Below the pieces are notes generated by a model. That model saw only the letters and a list, made by a program, of their open reading frames with translations. It had not been told where the DNA came from and ran no database searches. Source: Nitrospirota bacterium (lineage in GTDB: Bacteria > JACPQY01). From it: a DNA stretch of 64,000 nt. Positions 17,161 through 27,780 of this stretch are shown here, one piece after another. The first letter of the stretch is position 1, and every line of letters starts with the position of its first letter. The translations under genes were made by a program, and so were the position numbers. The stretch lies in contig JACPAV010000012.1 in assembly GCA_016180645.1 (NCBI GenBank), forward strand, positions 1-64,000, given 5' to 3'.

Positions 17161-18606
17161 ATGGAGATCAATATCAACGAAAAACTGCTGGACGAAAAAC
17201 TGACCGGTTTGGAAAAGGCGCGCGCCTGGAGTCCGAGGACGATCTCAAAACTGGAAACAACCATCCGAAGCGCCGAGGATCTGGACCTCTTTCGAATCAA
17301 TCCCAAAAGGTACGCCTCGGAACGAGGGACGGCTGAGTCGGAAGCGATCGACCTTTTTCTTCACTTGGCCCATCTGGGCCTGTTCCAGATGGATTGGCAC
17401 ATGACGTGCCCCGCCTGCGGGGACGTCCTCCAGAGTCTGCGAAGCCTGAGCCACGTTTCGAGCGAATTTTCCTGCGGACCCTGCAAAATGAACTTCGAAG
17501 CCAACCTCGACGACTACATCAGCGTGACCTTCACGATTGCTCCCCAGATCCGGAGGATCCGGTATCACGATCCTGAATCCCTTTCGCCCGAAGATTACGT
17601 TTACGGCTACAAATACAGCCAGGATGCGCGATTTTCGGGTGGCCCCCGCGTGGTGGACGGATACAAACCCATGGTGCGATTTGGTGAGCGCTTCCAGCCC
17701 GGCGAGCGGAAGTCGATGGGGATGACGTTGACGCCGGGGGTACTCGCGGTGAGGAACTTCGAGTCCGAGAGTTATTCGGCCTTCCTGGAGGTAGCGGAAA
17801 GCGGGGAGACGCGTGTTCTTCTCGAATTCATGGAGGGAAGCTGGAGAACAAAACCGCCCCGTTTGGGCGCCGGATCTGTTACGGCCGAAGTGGTGAATCT
17901 ATCGAGGCGGCCGCAAATTCTTGGGGGACTGAACCTTCCTCCGGGAGACCCCTCCGTCCGTCCCCTCCTGGAATTCGAGCCTTTCCTCTCGGGCAAGGAG
18001 CTTCTCACGACGCAAACCTTCCGCGACCTGTTCCGTTCCGAGGTCATCAAGGGAACCGAGGGAATCAGCGTGAAAGACATCACGTTCCTGTTCACCGATC
18101 TCAAGGGATCAACGGCGCTCTACGACCGGATCGGCGATTTGAAGGCGTACGCCTTGGTGCGCCAGCATTTCGACAGCCTGGGAAAAGTGATCGTGGGCAA
18201 TTCGGGAGCTATTGTGAAGACGATCGGGGATGCAGTCATGGCCTCCTTCCTGACCCCGAAGGACGGAGTGAATGCCGCGTTAGGCATGATCAAGGAGATC
18301 GACGCCTTCAATCAAACCCTACCGAGCAAAGACATCATCCTGAAGGTGGGCGTTCACAAGGGACCATCCATCGCGGTGACGCTGAACGAGCGGCTCGACT
18401 ATTTCGGCCAGACGGTGAACATCGCAGCTCGCGTGCAGGGGTTGGCCGAGGCCGAGGAGATTTACGTGACGGACGATGTCTATCGGTCGTCCCAGGTCAA
18501 GGGCCTCTTGGACGGCAGGGCCGTCACGCCCCTCAAGGCCACGCTCAAGGGCGTGCGCGACGAGATGCAGGTCTACAAGATCGCGCCGCCGGCCGTGGCG
18601 CACTGA
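17161..18606 (+). CDS. Class III adenylate cyclase with DUF5939-like N-terminal domain
   Basis: FTDLKGST, KTIGDAVM, DYFGQTVNIAARVQ; N-terminal CPAC...CGPC. Confidence 0.9.
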   Translation: MEININEKLLDEKLTGLEKARAWSPRTISKLETTIRSAEDLDLFRINPKRYASERGTAESEAIDLFLHLAHLGLFQMDWHMTCPACGDVLQSLRSLSHVSSEFSCGPCKMNFEANLDDYISVTFTIAPQIRRIRYHDPESLSPEDYVYGYKYSQDARFSGGPRVVDGYKPMVRFGERFQPGERKSMGMTLTPGVLAVRNFESESYSAFLEVAESGETRVLLEFMEGSWRTKPPRLGAGSVTAEVVNLSRRPQILGGLNLPPGDPSVRPLLEFEPFLSGKELLTTQTFRDLFRSEVIKGTEGISVKDITFLFTDLKGSTALYDRIGDLKAYALVRQHFDSLGKVIVGNSGAIVKTIGDAVMASFLTPKDGVNAALGMIKEIDAFNQTLPSKDIILKVGVHKGPSIAVTLNERLDYFGQTVNIAARVQGLAEAEEIYVTDDVYRSSQVKGLLDGRAVTPLKATLKGVRDEMQVYKIAPPAVAH

Positions 18607-18630
18607 CAGATTCGTTTCAAGAGATTCGCG

Positions 18631-20676
18631 TTACTCGCAGGACGCGAATCGGGTATCTTTCGGCGTAACGACCGTCGGAATTCCGTCGCGCGCGAACGTC
18701 TCAAGAAAACATCCCCACTGATATTGGACGGCGGGGATTTGGACGTAGACCGTGTGCCCGTTCTGCTGAATCGGATCTTCAAGCCATTGGTCCTGAACTG
18801 CGGTGACCATCGATCCATCGCCGGCCGCGACGTTGGACCGAACCGGAAAATCGGACTCAGGGAATCTGTAAAATAGTGCGAGCCCCGCCTCCATCAGGTT
18901 ATCGATGACGTCTCCCACTCTGGGGAATCCGTAGCCCACGGCCATCGCTCGTTGTGTCGCCCGGCTGAAATAGAGGTCGTCGTAGCCGTGTGGCACGAGC
19001 GCATGTTTTGCCGGCACGTCCGGGAGCGGACGCCGGACCAGATGCGGGATAAACGCGATGGGATCCGTTTTCTCGATGAATTGCTGGAAGAGGCCCATCA
19101 CGGGGTGGAGGACGTCGAGCGTTTCGCCCGGTTTCACGCCGACGGCCAGACTCAGCGTTTGCGCGGCGCCGGGAATCAGGTCGGTTGAGAAGATGAAGTA
19201 GCTCCAGTAGCCGCCGCTGCCAGTGGGGAGGATGGCCTGGGTCTCCCCGGAAGTGGCACCGAACAGATTGGCGTACATCGCGCCCATGCTTTGCCCCATC
19301 GTGACATGCCGGCTCATATCGAAACGAAATGCCCCATCCGAGCTTGACGCTCCCGGGCAGGTCGAAGCGTCAAGACGAACGGTCTCCACGAATTTCCGTT
19401 TGAGGAAAAGTTCGATCACGCCCTGGCGGAAGTTGTCGCGCAGGGCAACCAAGTTTCCGATTTGGAGATAGTCGTAGTCCGTTGCGGTGGGAACCCGGTC
19501 CGGCGAGATCGGCATCGCTGAGGCGCCTGCAGCGAAACCGCGCTTCGCGGCCACATACGCCGGACCCTGCCAGGGCGTTTCCGGACCGCCGGGGGTGAGC
19601 ACGGGTCCGCGATCCACCATTTGCGACGCGATGCCTCCCGACCCGTGAATGTATTCCATGTAGGGAAAACCCGCGGCCGGCATGGCACGCTTGGGTATGG
19701 TGAAAACGATCTTTACAATTTCGGTACGCTGGAGGCGCGGCAGGCCGGCGGAATCGAATTCGAAACGGCCGCCCTCGGAACGGAAGGGAGGTTCGCCCGT
19801 CTGGAATTGGGGCCACTCGACCGTTCCTTCGAGGTAGCAGAAGTCAGGTTCTTCGTGCGCCAGAATCGGCGGGGTAGCCCATCTTGTTGCGTGTCTTCCC
19901 GTGACGGAAGTGGCCATCCGGCGAAGGTCGGCGGCGGGATGATCCGTGGTGAATACCGTAGCTGCGGCGATGGCGTCCGCGGAAAGTTGGCTGCTGGAGT
20001 TCAGATAGTCGGCGAGCGGTTTGTAAAGACGCTGTAATTTCTCGCCGTCCGCGATCTGGGGAGTAAGTCCTCGGAGGGCATTTCCGAGCACGTCCGACTG
20101 GGCGAGCGGGACGCCATCCGTGTCCGTCACCGTTCGCAGGACGATAGCCGCGTAGGTGGCATCGGGCCACAAAGTCGCTCCCGGCCAGGGGATCATCGTG
20201 AGTGTGTTGGCGGACACATAGTTTCCATCGGAAGCGTAGAAACGTGAAAGGGCAGGGACCGACTCGCGATAACCCGGGCTCGATGGGGTAATGTTCAAGA
20301 AGAACGCCGTGAAAGGTACGCTTGGCACCTTCTCGGGGTTTGTGACCACCTTTTCGGTTGAAATGGCGCCATCGAACGCAAACGAAACCACCGGATTCAG
20401 GGCGAATCCGTCACGCTCTTCCGAGGCGAGCTGCGTGATTTGCCGGACCAGCGAATTCGATTGAGGATTCGGAAAGCGCGACAGGTCGATCGTCCGTGTC
20501 GAGGCATCAAGCAGGAGGTCGTTGGGGTAGGGCATCGACCAGAAGGAACCGTCCGACGGATCGAGCCGCATTCTTACCCGTCCCGGATTTTCCTCCGATC
20601 GCGAGCATTCGACCGTTGCAAGCGGGAGTATCTCGAGACAAAACAGAAGCCAACCCGTGCAGGAATGTCTCAGCAT
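18631..20676 (-). CDS. Secreted alpha/beta-hydrolase (lipase-like)
   Basis: Signal-like N-terminus, PYPND, HGSGG, RDNFRQ, GQSMG nucleophile elbow, C-terminal GH. Confidence 0.7.
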   Translation of the reverse strand: MLRHSCTGWLLFCLEILPLATVECSRSEENPGRVRMRLDPSDGSFWSMPYPNDLLLDASTRTIDLSRFPNPQSNSLVRQITQLASEERDGFALNPVVSFAFDGAISTEKVVTNPEKVPSVPFTAFFLNITPSSPGYRESVPALSRFYASDGNYVSANTLTMIPWPGATLWPDATYAAIVLRTVTDTDGVPLAQSDVLGNALRGLTPQIADGEKLQRLYKPLADYLNSSSQLSADAIAAATVFTTDHPAADLRRMATSVTGRHATRWATPPILAHEEPDFCYLEGTVEWPQFQTGEPPFRSEGGRFEFDSAGLPRLQRTEIVKIVFTIPKRAMPAAGFPYMEYIHGSGGIASQMVDRGPVLTPGGPETPWQGPAYVAAKRGFAAGASAMPISPDRVPTATDYDYLQIGNLVALRDNFRQGVIELFLKRKFVETVRLDASTCPGASSSDGAFRFDMSRHVTMGQSMGAMYANLFGATSGETQAILPTGSGGYWSYFIFSTDLIPGAAQTLSLAVGVKPGETLDVLHPVMGLFQQFIEKTDPIAFIPHLVRRPLPDVPAKHALVPHGYDDLYFSRATQRAMAVGYGFPRVGDVIDNLMEAGLALFYRFPESDFPVRSNVAAGDGSMVTAVQDQWLEDPIQQNGHTVYVQIPAVQYQWGCFLETFARDGIPTVVTPKDTRFASCE

Positions 20677-20691
20677 GAGGACCGATCGCGC

Positions 20692-22182
20692 CTACTCGTC
20701 GGCGTTTCTAATGAGTTGGTAGTAGAAGCGAACGCACTGCGTGAAATCTTCTACGCCGATCCGCTCATCCGTGCCGTGAAACCGCTTGAGATCGGCGGGC
20801 CGAAGCGTGAGAGGGAGAAACCGGTAGACGTTATCGCTGATGGATTCGTAGTGGCGGCTGTCCGTGGCGGCGATGAACAATGAAGGCGCGGTCAGGACGC
20901 CGGGGAAAATCTGGTGAATGGTTTTCTGAAGAGTTCGGAATGCGACGGAGTCCGCTCGCGACAGACGGGAGGGTTCCGTCTGAGCGCCTGCGGCGAGTGA
21001 AACCACGATGTGTGGATCTCGGGCGGTCGCCCGGACGTGTTCCAGGACGTCCTCGATCCGGTCTCCGGGAAGAATCCGGAAATTGACGACCCCACGGGCT
21101 TTCACCGGAAGTATGTTGTCCTTGATGCTTCCTTCCAGCATCGTGGCCGCCGTGGTGGTGCGGATCAAGGCGTTGGTCGGGGGCATGGCGGAAAGTTTTC
21201 GTGTCAGGAGGGGCTGGAGGAACCGGGCGTTGGCGAAGACGAGGCGTTTCTTGAAATCCATTTCAGGGCCGACAAAATCGAAGAGAAGCTTCGCAGCGCC
21301 ATTGAGACGGGCGGGCATCGGATTGTTTTCAAGATCGACGATAGCCTGACTCAAGATCCCCGCGGCGGTGTGATTCGGAGGCATGGAGGAGTGCCCCCCT
21401 TCGGCCTCAGCGGTCAACAGCACACTGACATAACCTTTCTCGGCGATGCCCATCATTGCGACGGGCGGCTTCACGCCCGGCATGAGGCCGTCCGTGACCA
21501 TCAGGCCCTCGTCCAGCACAAATTCCAGACGCACGCCCCGCGTTCGCAGGAGCTCGGCGATGTTCGACGCCCCCACCGATCCGCCGAGTTCTTCATCATG
21601 TCCGAAGGCGAGGTAGACCGTGCGGTGCGGCTCGTAGCCTTCGGCCAGGAGTTTTTCCACGGCTTCGAGGATCCCGATGACGCCGACCTTGTTGTCCATT
21701 GCGCCTCGGCCCCAAACGAAGCCCTGGGCGATTTCACCGGTGTATGGGGAATGGCTCCACGAGGATTCCGTGCCGGGTTGGACAGGAACCACATCCATGT
21801 GGCCCATGAGGAGGATGGGAATCTTCTGATCCGTTGCCCCCTTCCACGTGTAGAGGAGACTGTAGCCGGCCACGACCTCTCTCGACAGCTTTGCGTGGAC
21901 GAGCGGGTAGCTGCTTTCGAGCAGTTTGTGGAATCGGAGGAATTCAGCGGGATCGATCCGGGAAGGATCGGCATGAGAGACGGTTCGGATCTGAATCGCC
22001 TGGCTGAGGTGTTGGGACGGGAGCACACCGTCGAGATCGATTTTCGCCGGCTTGACCCGGACCTGCCGGGAGGGGAAACGAACGGCGTTGATCGTGGCGA
22101 GCGCTGCGACGCCGAGGGAGGCCAGGAACACGGCGGCAAGAAATTTCCTCCCGCGCTTCTTGTGCTGCCGATACAGTTTCAG
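20692..22182 (-). CDS. M20 family metallopeptidase (carboxypeptidase S/PM20D1-like)
   Basis: GHMDVVP, WGRGAMDNK, DEE, LDEG, GHSS, ATD, HGTDER; start either CTG 22182 or GTG 22131. Confidence 0.9.
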   Translation of the reverse strand: MKLYRQHKKRGRKFLAAVFLASLGVAALATINAVRFPSRQVRVKPAKIDLDGVLPSQHLSQAIQIRTVSHADPSRIDPAEFLRFHKLLESSYPLVHAKLSREVVAGYSLLYTWKGATDQKIPILLMGHMDVVPVQPGTESSWSHSPYTGEIAQGFVWGRGAMDNKVGVIGILEAVEKLLAEGYEPHRTVYLAFGHDEELGGSVGASNIAELLRTRGVRLEFVLDEGLMVTDGLMPGVKPPVAMMGIAEKGYVSVLLTAEAEGGHSSMPPNHTAAGILSQAIVDLENNPMPARLNGAAKLLFDFVGPEMDFKKRLVFANARFLQPLLTRKLSAMPPTNALIRTTTAATMLEGSIKDNILPVKARGVVNFRILPGDRIEDVLEHVRATARDPHIVVSLAAGAQTEPSRLSRADSVAFRTLQKTIHQIFPGVLTAPSLFIAATDSRHYESISDNVYRFLPLTLRPADLKRFHGTDERIGVEDFTQCVRFYYQLIRNADE

Positions 22183-22221
22183 CGCGCGCCCCTTGGAATC
22201 AGAGGTCCGGCTCGAAAAGTT

Positions 22222-23190
22222 TCAAAGCCATTTCATCCTTCGGAAAATGGCAAGCATTCCCCCCATCAGTCCGATCGTAAACACCACGATTCCGATAAAG
22301 CCGAACGAAGAATCCGCTCCCGGGAGGTGGCGGAAGTTCATTCCGTAGATGCTGGAAATCAGCGTGGGGGGGAGGATCAGGGTGGAAATGATCGTGAGCG
22401 TTTTCATGATCTGGTTGGTTCGGGAATCAACCAGAATTCGGTAGGTTTCCTGGGATCCCGTCAGAAGATCGCGCGCGACGTTTGCGGTGTCGGCCAGGCG
22501 GTAGACGTGGTCGTAGACGTTTCGGAAGTAGATGAGCGAGCGTTTGGGGACCAATTCGTAGTTTCCACTCGACAACTGGCGGATGACTTCCAGTTGGGGG
22601 CCCAGCGTGCCCTTGAGATGGAGGAGGTTGCGCTTGAGGGTGATGATCCGATTCAACGTCCTGGAGGACTGGTCCGAGAAAATCTCGTCTTCCACATGGT
22701 CCACCTCGTCCTGGATCCGGTCCATGTAGGGAAAAAGCTCATCGACGGCGTGGTCAAGGATCTCGTGCATGAGGGCCTGGGCCCCTCGGGAGAGGGTGGT
22801 GGACACGTTTTTTCGGCAGCGATCGAGGCTGTCGTCGATGGCCCGGACGGGCTGCTTGTGGACGCTGACGATGAAGTTCCGGCCGAGGAACATGTCGATC
22901 TCATTCTTGTTGAATCCGCTGTACATGCCGTTCGGAGTGATGGCGTGGAAGACGACAAAGAGGTACCCCTCATAGAGGTCAATTTTCGGGTCGCGAACGT
23001 CGCCGAGGCAGTCCTCGATGGCCAGATCGTGAAATGCGAATTTTTCCGAGAGGCTCTTGATTTCGGTCGGACTGGGATTAAGGAAGTCGAACCAGAAGGT
23101 GGCGGCGCGGTCGAGGGGAAACTCAGGAACGGCGCCCGCCGGAAGGAGTTCCACCGGGCGGTCGGGTCGAGAGACAACAATGTTCAGCAC
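22222..23190 (-). CDS. corA: CorA magnesium/cobalt transporter
   Basis: LAIEDC, MKTLT, YGMNF signature, two C-terminal TM helices. Confidence 0.95.
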   Translation of the reverse strand: MLNIVVSRPDRPVELLPAGAVPEFPLDRAATFWFDFLNPSPTEIKSLSEKFAFHDLAIEDCLGDVRDPKIDLYEGYLFVVFHAITPNGMYSGFNKNEIDMFLGRNFIVSVHKQPVRAIDDSLDRCRKNVSTTLSRGAQALMHEILDHAVDELFPYMDRIQDEVDHVEDEIFSDQSSRTLNRIITLKRNLLHLKGTLGPQLEVIRQLSSGNYELVPKRSLIYFRNVYDHVYRLADTANVARDLLTGSQETYRILVDSRTNQIMKTLTIISTLILPPTLISSIYGMNFRHLPGADSSFGFIGIVVFTIGLMGGMLAIFRRMKWL

Positions 23191-23309
23191 GCTGATCTCC
23201 GTCTTCGCCGTTCATTCTCAAGCCAAGGCTACCATCTCTTCCGTACCCAGGCAATCGGATATCTCTTTCAGCCCGGACCCGGCGCGAGTATAATCGGGCA
23301 CCCGCGGTC

Positions 23310-24005
23310 ATGAAAAAGATTGGCGCGTTTTTCGATATCGACCACACCATCATTCACCATTCCACCGGCCGCATCTTTACGCTGTACCTGTATCGGAAGG
23401 GCTACCTTCAGGAGAAGCATCTTCTGAAAATGGGCTGGTACGAGATGCTCTACAAGATCAACAAGATGGATTGGCAGCGCATGATGGAGTACGGCCTGCG
23501 CATTTTTCACGGAATGCGGGTGACGGAGCTGGTGGACCTGATGGACGACTGTTTCGAGAAAGAGATGAAGCCCCAGATTTACACGGATGCCCGAACGCTT
23601 ATCCAGGAGCATCAGAAGAAAGGTCATGTCGTGGTATTCAACACGGCCACGATCCGGTACATGGTGGAGCGATTCCAGGAGTACCTGGGGATCCACCACG
23701 CCCTCTGTTCGAGCGTGGTGATTCACGACGGATTCATTACGGGGCAGGTGGGACAGGTTTGCTACGGGGCGAATAAGGCGAAACTGGCCGTGGAATTCTC
23801 GCAGGAGAGGAACGTGGACTTGTCGGAAAGCTACTTCTACACGGACAGTTTGTCCGACCTGCCGCTCCTCGAGATCGTGGGCCGGCCCCGTGTGGTGAAT
23901 CCCCAGCTTCTGATGAAGCGTGAGGCGCAGAAACGGGGTTGGGAGGTGCTGGAGTTCGAGCGAACCGAGGGAGGAGAGGAAGCCGCGTTGAACCGGGCCA
24001 AGTGA
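23310..24005 (+). CDS. HAD-IB family phosphatase
   Basis: FFDIDHT motif I, TAT, conserved K, YTDSLSDLPLL, VNP. Confidence 0.9.
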   Translation: MKKIGAFFDIDHTIIHHSTGRIFTLYLYRKGYLQEKHLLKMGWYEMLYKINKMDWQRMMEYGLRIFHGMRVTELVDLMDDCFEKEMKPQIYTDARTLIQEHQKKGHVVVFNTATIRYMVERFQEYLGIHHALCSSVVIHDGFITGQVGQVCYGANKAKLAVEFSQERNVDLSESYFYTDSLSDLPLLEIVGRPRVVNPQLLMKREAQKRGWEVLEFERTEGGEEAALNRAK

Positions 24006-24032
24006 ACTGGTAGGATAAGACCCCAAGGAGAA

Positions 24033-25235
24033 ATGATGTCGGTATGTTCGATTGAAGAGGCCATCGGAGAAATCCGAAAGGGTCGCATGGTCATCATGAT
24101 GGATGAAGAGGATCGCGAGAACGAGGGCGACCTCGTCATGGCGGCGGAGATGTGCTCCCCCGAGGCGATCAACTTCATGGCGAAGTACGGGCGAGGGCTG
24201 ATCTGCGTGCCTGTGACAAGAGACAAAGCCAGACAGCTCGGCCTGTCGCTCATGGTGACGGAAAACACGTCTTCCAACACCACCGCTTTTACCGTTTCGA
24301 TCGATGGGAAGGACGGCGTGTCGACCGGGATTTCGGCGTTCGACCGCCACCGGACGATCCAGCTGATGGTGGGCGACGACACGAGGGGCGAGGATTTCGC
24401 CCGCCCAGGCCACATTTTTCCGCTCATTGCGCGCGACGGTGGAGTACTGGTGAGGGCCGGGCAGACGGAAGGATCCGTCGACCTCGCGCGGCTCGCCGGA
24501 CTCAAGCCGATGGCCGTCATTTGCGAGGTGATGAACGAGGACGGAATGATGGCACGCCAGATCGATCTCGAACGGTTCGGCAAGGAGCACGGGATCAAAC
24601 TTTGTACCGTCAAGGACCTGATCGAGTACCGGATGCTGAACGAACGACTCGTGCGAAAGCAGGTCGAGACCCGGCTCCCGACGGAGTTCGGCGAGTTCGA
24701 TCTCATGGCCTACGAGAACGTCATCGACGGGGCCGTTCATCTGGCGCTGGTGAAGGGACCGATCCACCGCGACGATCCGACGCTCGTCCGCGTTCATTCC
24801 CAGTGTCTCACCGGGGATTGTTTCAGCTCACTGCGTTGCGATTGCGGACCGCAGCTCCAGCGTGCCCTCCAGATGATCCACGAGGTTGGGAAGGGCGTGC
24901 TGCTTTACTTGAACCAAGAGGGGAGAGGCATTGGGCTTCTCAATAAGTTAAAGGCGTATTCGTTGCAGGACAAGGGGAAGGATACCGTGGAGGCGAATAA
25001 GCTTCTGGGTTTCAAACCGGACCTTCGGGAATATGGGACGGGAGCGCAAATCCTGCACGACATCGGGGTGGGCAAGATGCGACTGATGACGAACAATCCC
25101 AAGAAGATCGTGGGTCTCGAAGGTTATGGCCTGACCATTGAGGAACGCGTGCCGATTGAAGTTGAGTCGAATTCCCGGAACGTGCGTTACCTCCGCACGA
25201 AGAAGGAAAAGCTCGGCCATTTATTGTCTCTCTAA
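24033..25235 (+). CDS. ribBA: Bifunctional DHBP synthase/GTP cyclohydrolase II
   Basis: [44 protein letters not shown]. Confidence 0.97.
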   Translation: MMSVCSIEEAIGEIRKGRMVIMMDEEDRENEGDLVMAAEMCSPEAINFMAKYGRGLICVPVTRDKARQLGLSLMVTENTSSNTTAFTVSIDGKDGVSTGISAFDRHRTIQLMVGDDTRGEDFARPGHIFPLIARDGGVLVRAGQTEGSVDLARLAGLKPMAVICEVMNEDGMMARQIDLERFGKEHGIKLCTVKDLIEYRMLNERLVRKQVETRLPTEFGEFDLMAYENVIDGAVHLALVKGPIHRDDPTLVRVHSQCLTGDCFSSLRCDCGPQLQRALQMIHEVGKGVLLYLNQEGRGIGLLNKLKAYSLQDKGKDTVEANKLLGFKPDLREYGTGAQILHDIGVGKMRLMTNNPKKIVGLEGYGLTIEERVPIEVESNSRNVRYLRTKKEKLGHLLSL

Positions 25236-25237
25236 TC

Positions 25238-25702
25238 ATGCCCACGATTGTCGAAGGGGATTTGGTTGCCGGCGGACTGAAGTTTGCCCTTGTCGTCAGC
25301 CGGTTTAACAAGACCATCTCCCAGAACCTGCTGGATGGTGCCCTTGATGCGTTGCGCAAGCACGGGGTCAAGGACGATGCCGTCACCGTGGTGTGGGTAC
25401 CGGGTTCATTCGAAATTCCGCTTGCCGCGCGCCGATTCGCGCGGAGCAAGAAAGTCGACGCCGTGATCTGTCTGGGTGCCGTCATTCGGGGGGGTACACC
25501 GCACTTTGAATACATCGCCGGCGAGACCTCTTCAGGCATTGCCCATCTGGCTACGGAGTTCGAGATCCCCGTCATCTTCGGCGTCATCACCGCCGATACG
25601 ATCGAACAGGCCATCGAGCGATCGGGCGCGAAAATGGGCAATAAGGGCTGGGATGCGGCCCTCGCCGCCGTCGAGATGGCGAATCTCCTCAAAAAGATCT
25701 AA
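25238..25702 (+). CDS. ribH: 6,7-dimethyl-8-ribityllumazine synthase
   Basis: [29 protein letters not shown]. Confidence 0.97.
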   Translation: MPTIVEGDLVAGGLKFALVVSRFNKTISQNLLDGALDALRKHGVKDDAVTVVWVPGSFEIPLAARRFARSKKVDAVICLGAVIRGGTPHFEYIAGETSSGIAHLATEFEIPVIFGVITADTIEQAIERSGAKMGNKGWDAALAAVEMANLLKKI

Positions 25703-25715
25703 CCGGGCCTCGCCG

Positions 25716-26138
25716 ATGGGGGCGCGTCGCAGAGCACGGGAACTGGCTTTGCAGGTACTTTACGAAAGCGAATTCCGCGCACTTCCCGCCCACTCCATCC
25801 TGTCGGAGATTTGCAGTCACAGCCGATGGAGCAAGTCCGAATCCGATCGCGCCAAGGTCCTGGTGGAAGGCGTCGGATCACACGCACGGGAGATCGACGA
25901 CCTGATCGGCCGGGTGCTCGAGAACTGGCGGCTGGACCGGCTGCACATCATGGATCGAAATGTTCTCCGCCTCGGCGTCTATGAATTGCGATTCTGCAAG
26001 GACGTCCCGCCGAAGGTGGCGATCGACGAGGCGATCGAAGTCGCCAAGAAATTCGGGACTGCGGATTCCGGTGGGTTTGTGAACGGCATTCTGGACCGCG
26101 TCTTGAGCTCCGGTTCCACCGCGCACCATGTCGCCTAG
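25716..26138 (+). CDS. nusB: Transcription antitermination factor NusB
   Basis: RRRARELALQVLY, DRNVLRL, AIDEAIEVAK, FVNGILD; follows ribH. Confidence 0.96.
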   Translation: MGARRRARELALQVLYESEFRALPAHSILSEICSHSRWSKSESDRAKVLVEGVGSHAREIDDLIGRVLENWRLDRLHIMDRNVLRLGVYELRFCKDVPPKVAIDEAIEVAKKFGTADSGGFVNGILDRVLSSGSTAHHVA

Positions 26139-26282
26139 GCTTTGTCACGAGATGAAAGGCAGTATGCGTTTGGCAACATGGTGCGTACGCCCCGCCCTCA
26201 TTCGAAAGAATAGATTGGGAGCGGGGCTACTGTACCGCGTCCCAGCGCGGTACCGGACCCAAACATTGTCGGCGCGGTACTC

Positions 26283-26903
26283 GTGCGCGTCATCCTGACC
26301 GTCGAAAGCCTGCTGGACATTCCGGCGGACATGATTGTTCTGCCGCTCTTCGCGGATGAACGGCCGCTGAGGGGAGGGACGGGGTGGGTGGATTGGCACG
26401 AGTTGGGCGGTCTCTCGCGGCTCGCCTCCGCGGGCTACCTCACGGGGGCGTACCAGGACCAAATTCTCTATGCGCCGCTGCCCTTCTTCAAGAGCCGGAA
26501 GATGCTGCTTGTGGGTATGGGCGACCGGCGCGATTTCACCTACTTCAAGGTCTTCAAGCTCTACCGAAGCGTCATGGAAACGCTGGCCAAGCTTTCCGTG
26601 CGCGAATGCGTGCTGGGCCTTCCCGGCAAGACCGGGGGAGACGTGGACTTGCCCCGCTTCGTGGACCGAATGGTCAATGGATTGGTGGATGGAGCGTGGC
26701 AGGTGGAGACTTTCCTTGAGCACGGCGTTCTGACCATTGCCGAATCCGGGCCCGTTCGAGAGGAGATCTACATCACGCTTCAGCATACGCGGTCGGAATT
26801 GAAGGAAAAGGTTTCGATGGCGGTTATCCGGCACGACCAGCGCCCGAAGTTCGGCGCACCCGGCGCCGAGACGGGACCCGACACCCTCGACGCGGCGATC
26901 TGA
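26283..26903 (+). CDS. Peptidase M17 N-terminal-domain-only protein
   Basis: FADERPLRG..G.VDW...G.LSRL and LLVGMG; no catalytic domain. Confidence 0.65.
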   Translation: MRVILTVESLLDIPADMIVLPLFADERPLRGGTGWVDWHELGGLSRLASAGYLTGAYQDQILYAPLPFFKSRKMLLVGMGDRRDFTYFKVFKLYRSVMETLAKLSVRECVLGLPGKTGGDVDLPRFVDRMVNGLVDGAWQVETFLEHGVLTIAESGPVREEIYITLQHTRSELKEKVSMAVIRHDQRPKFGAPGAETGPDTLDAAI

Positions 26904-27339
26904 CCGGAGGCATTTTGCGCTTGACATTCCGCGGCATTTTCTGATACCCGTTTCACATGAGTCAACGCGTGTGGGGTAATGCAAGGAGCGTACGGAATGG
27001 GGGAGCGCCGAAGATCCCCGAAGAGCTAAGTCCACCCTTGGAAAAGAATCTTTGGCCCGTGCGCATTGCCGCCAATAAGAAACCTCCAAGAACAAATGAG
27101 CGGCTCCTACGCACCGTGGCAGCACATGAGAACATTGGGGGCAGGCGTAGAGGAGGAACGAGAAGGTGCATCATTTGTAGGCAAGGGCGATTCGTCAGCA
27201 GGGCGGGGTATCTGCTCGTAGTTCTCAGCTTCGCTGTCCTTGGCGCGGCATGCAGCGAGGGTGGGTCTGGCAGTGGGTTCACCGGCGTCGGCCTGAAGCT
27301 CCTTCTGAATTCTGAGGTCGGCACCGGCACTTTCCTCCG

Positions 27340-27765
27340 CGAAGGTGGTACGATCTCGAACCCGGCACGGTCATTGGTGTCTGGCACGGGTGGGTAAATC
27401 TAGGAGGAGTTCTTACTTCCGGACCCGCCGCAGCATCGTGGGGTTCAGGTCGGATTGATGTCTTCGCGCGGGGAACAGACAGCGCGTTGTATCAGAAACG
27501 GTACGACGGCGCCTGGCAGGATTGGGTAAATCTGGGTGGAGTGCTGACGTCCGACCCCGGCGCCGTCTCGTGGGGGTACGAACGTGTTGACGTCTTTGCT
27601 CGGGGAACGGATGGCGCTCTGAAACAAAGGTGGTATGAGAATGGCTGGCACGACTGGGAAGACATGGGAGGCCAGTTGTATGCTCCTTGCCGGATCGGCA
27701 CATCGTGTAGGTTACCTTCGATTGCACGCCGTTCCGGGGAGAGCGCGGTGCTGCCGTTTCCCTAG
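27340..27765 (+). pseudogene. Fragment of a PLL/fucose-lectin-type beta-propeller repeat protein
   Basis: About 2.5 repeats of W..W.NLGG.LTS.P.A.SWG..R.DVFARGTD.AL; in-frame stop at 27313 and no start codon before the first repeat. Confidence 0.7.
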
Positions 27766-27780
27766 CGCCGCGTTGAACAA

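Noticed and set aside
21010-23313. 767-aa plus-strand ORF
   Set aside because: Antisense shadow of the M20 peptidase and corA in GC-rich DNA; no motifs
26957-27397. 146-aa ORF as an intact gene
   Set aside because: First half looks non-coding; only a short lipoprotein-like fragment is credible
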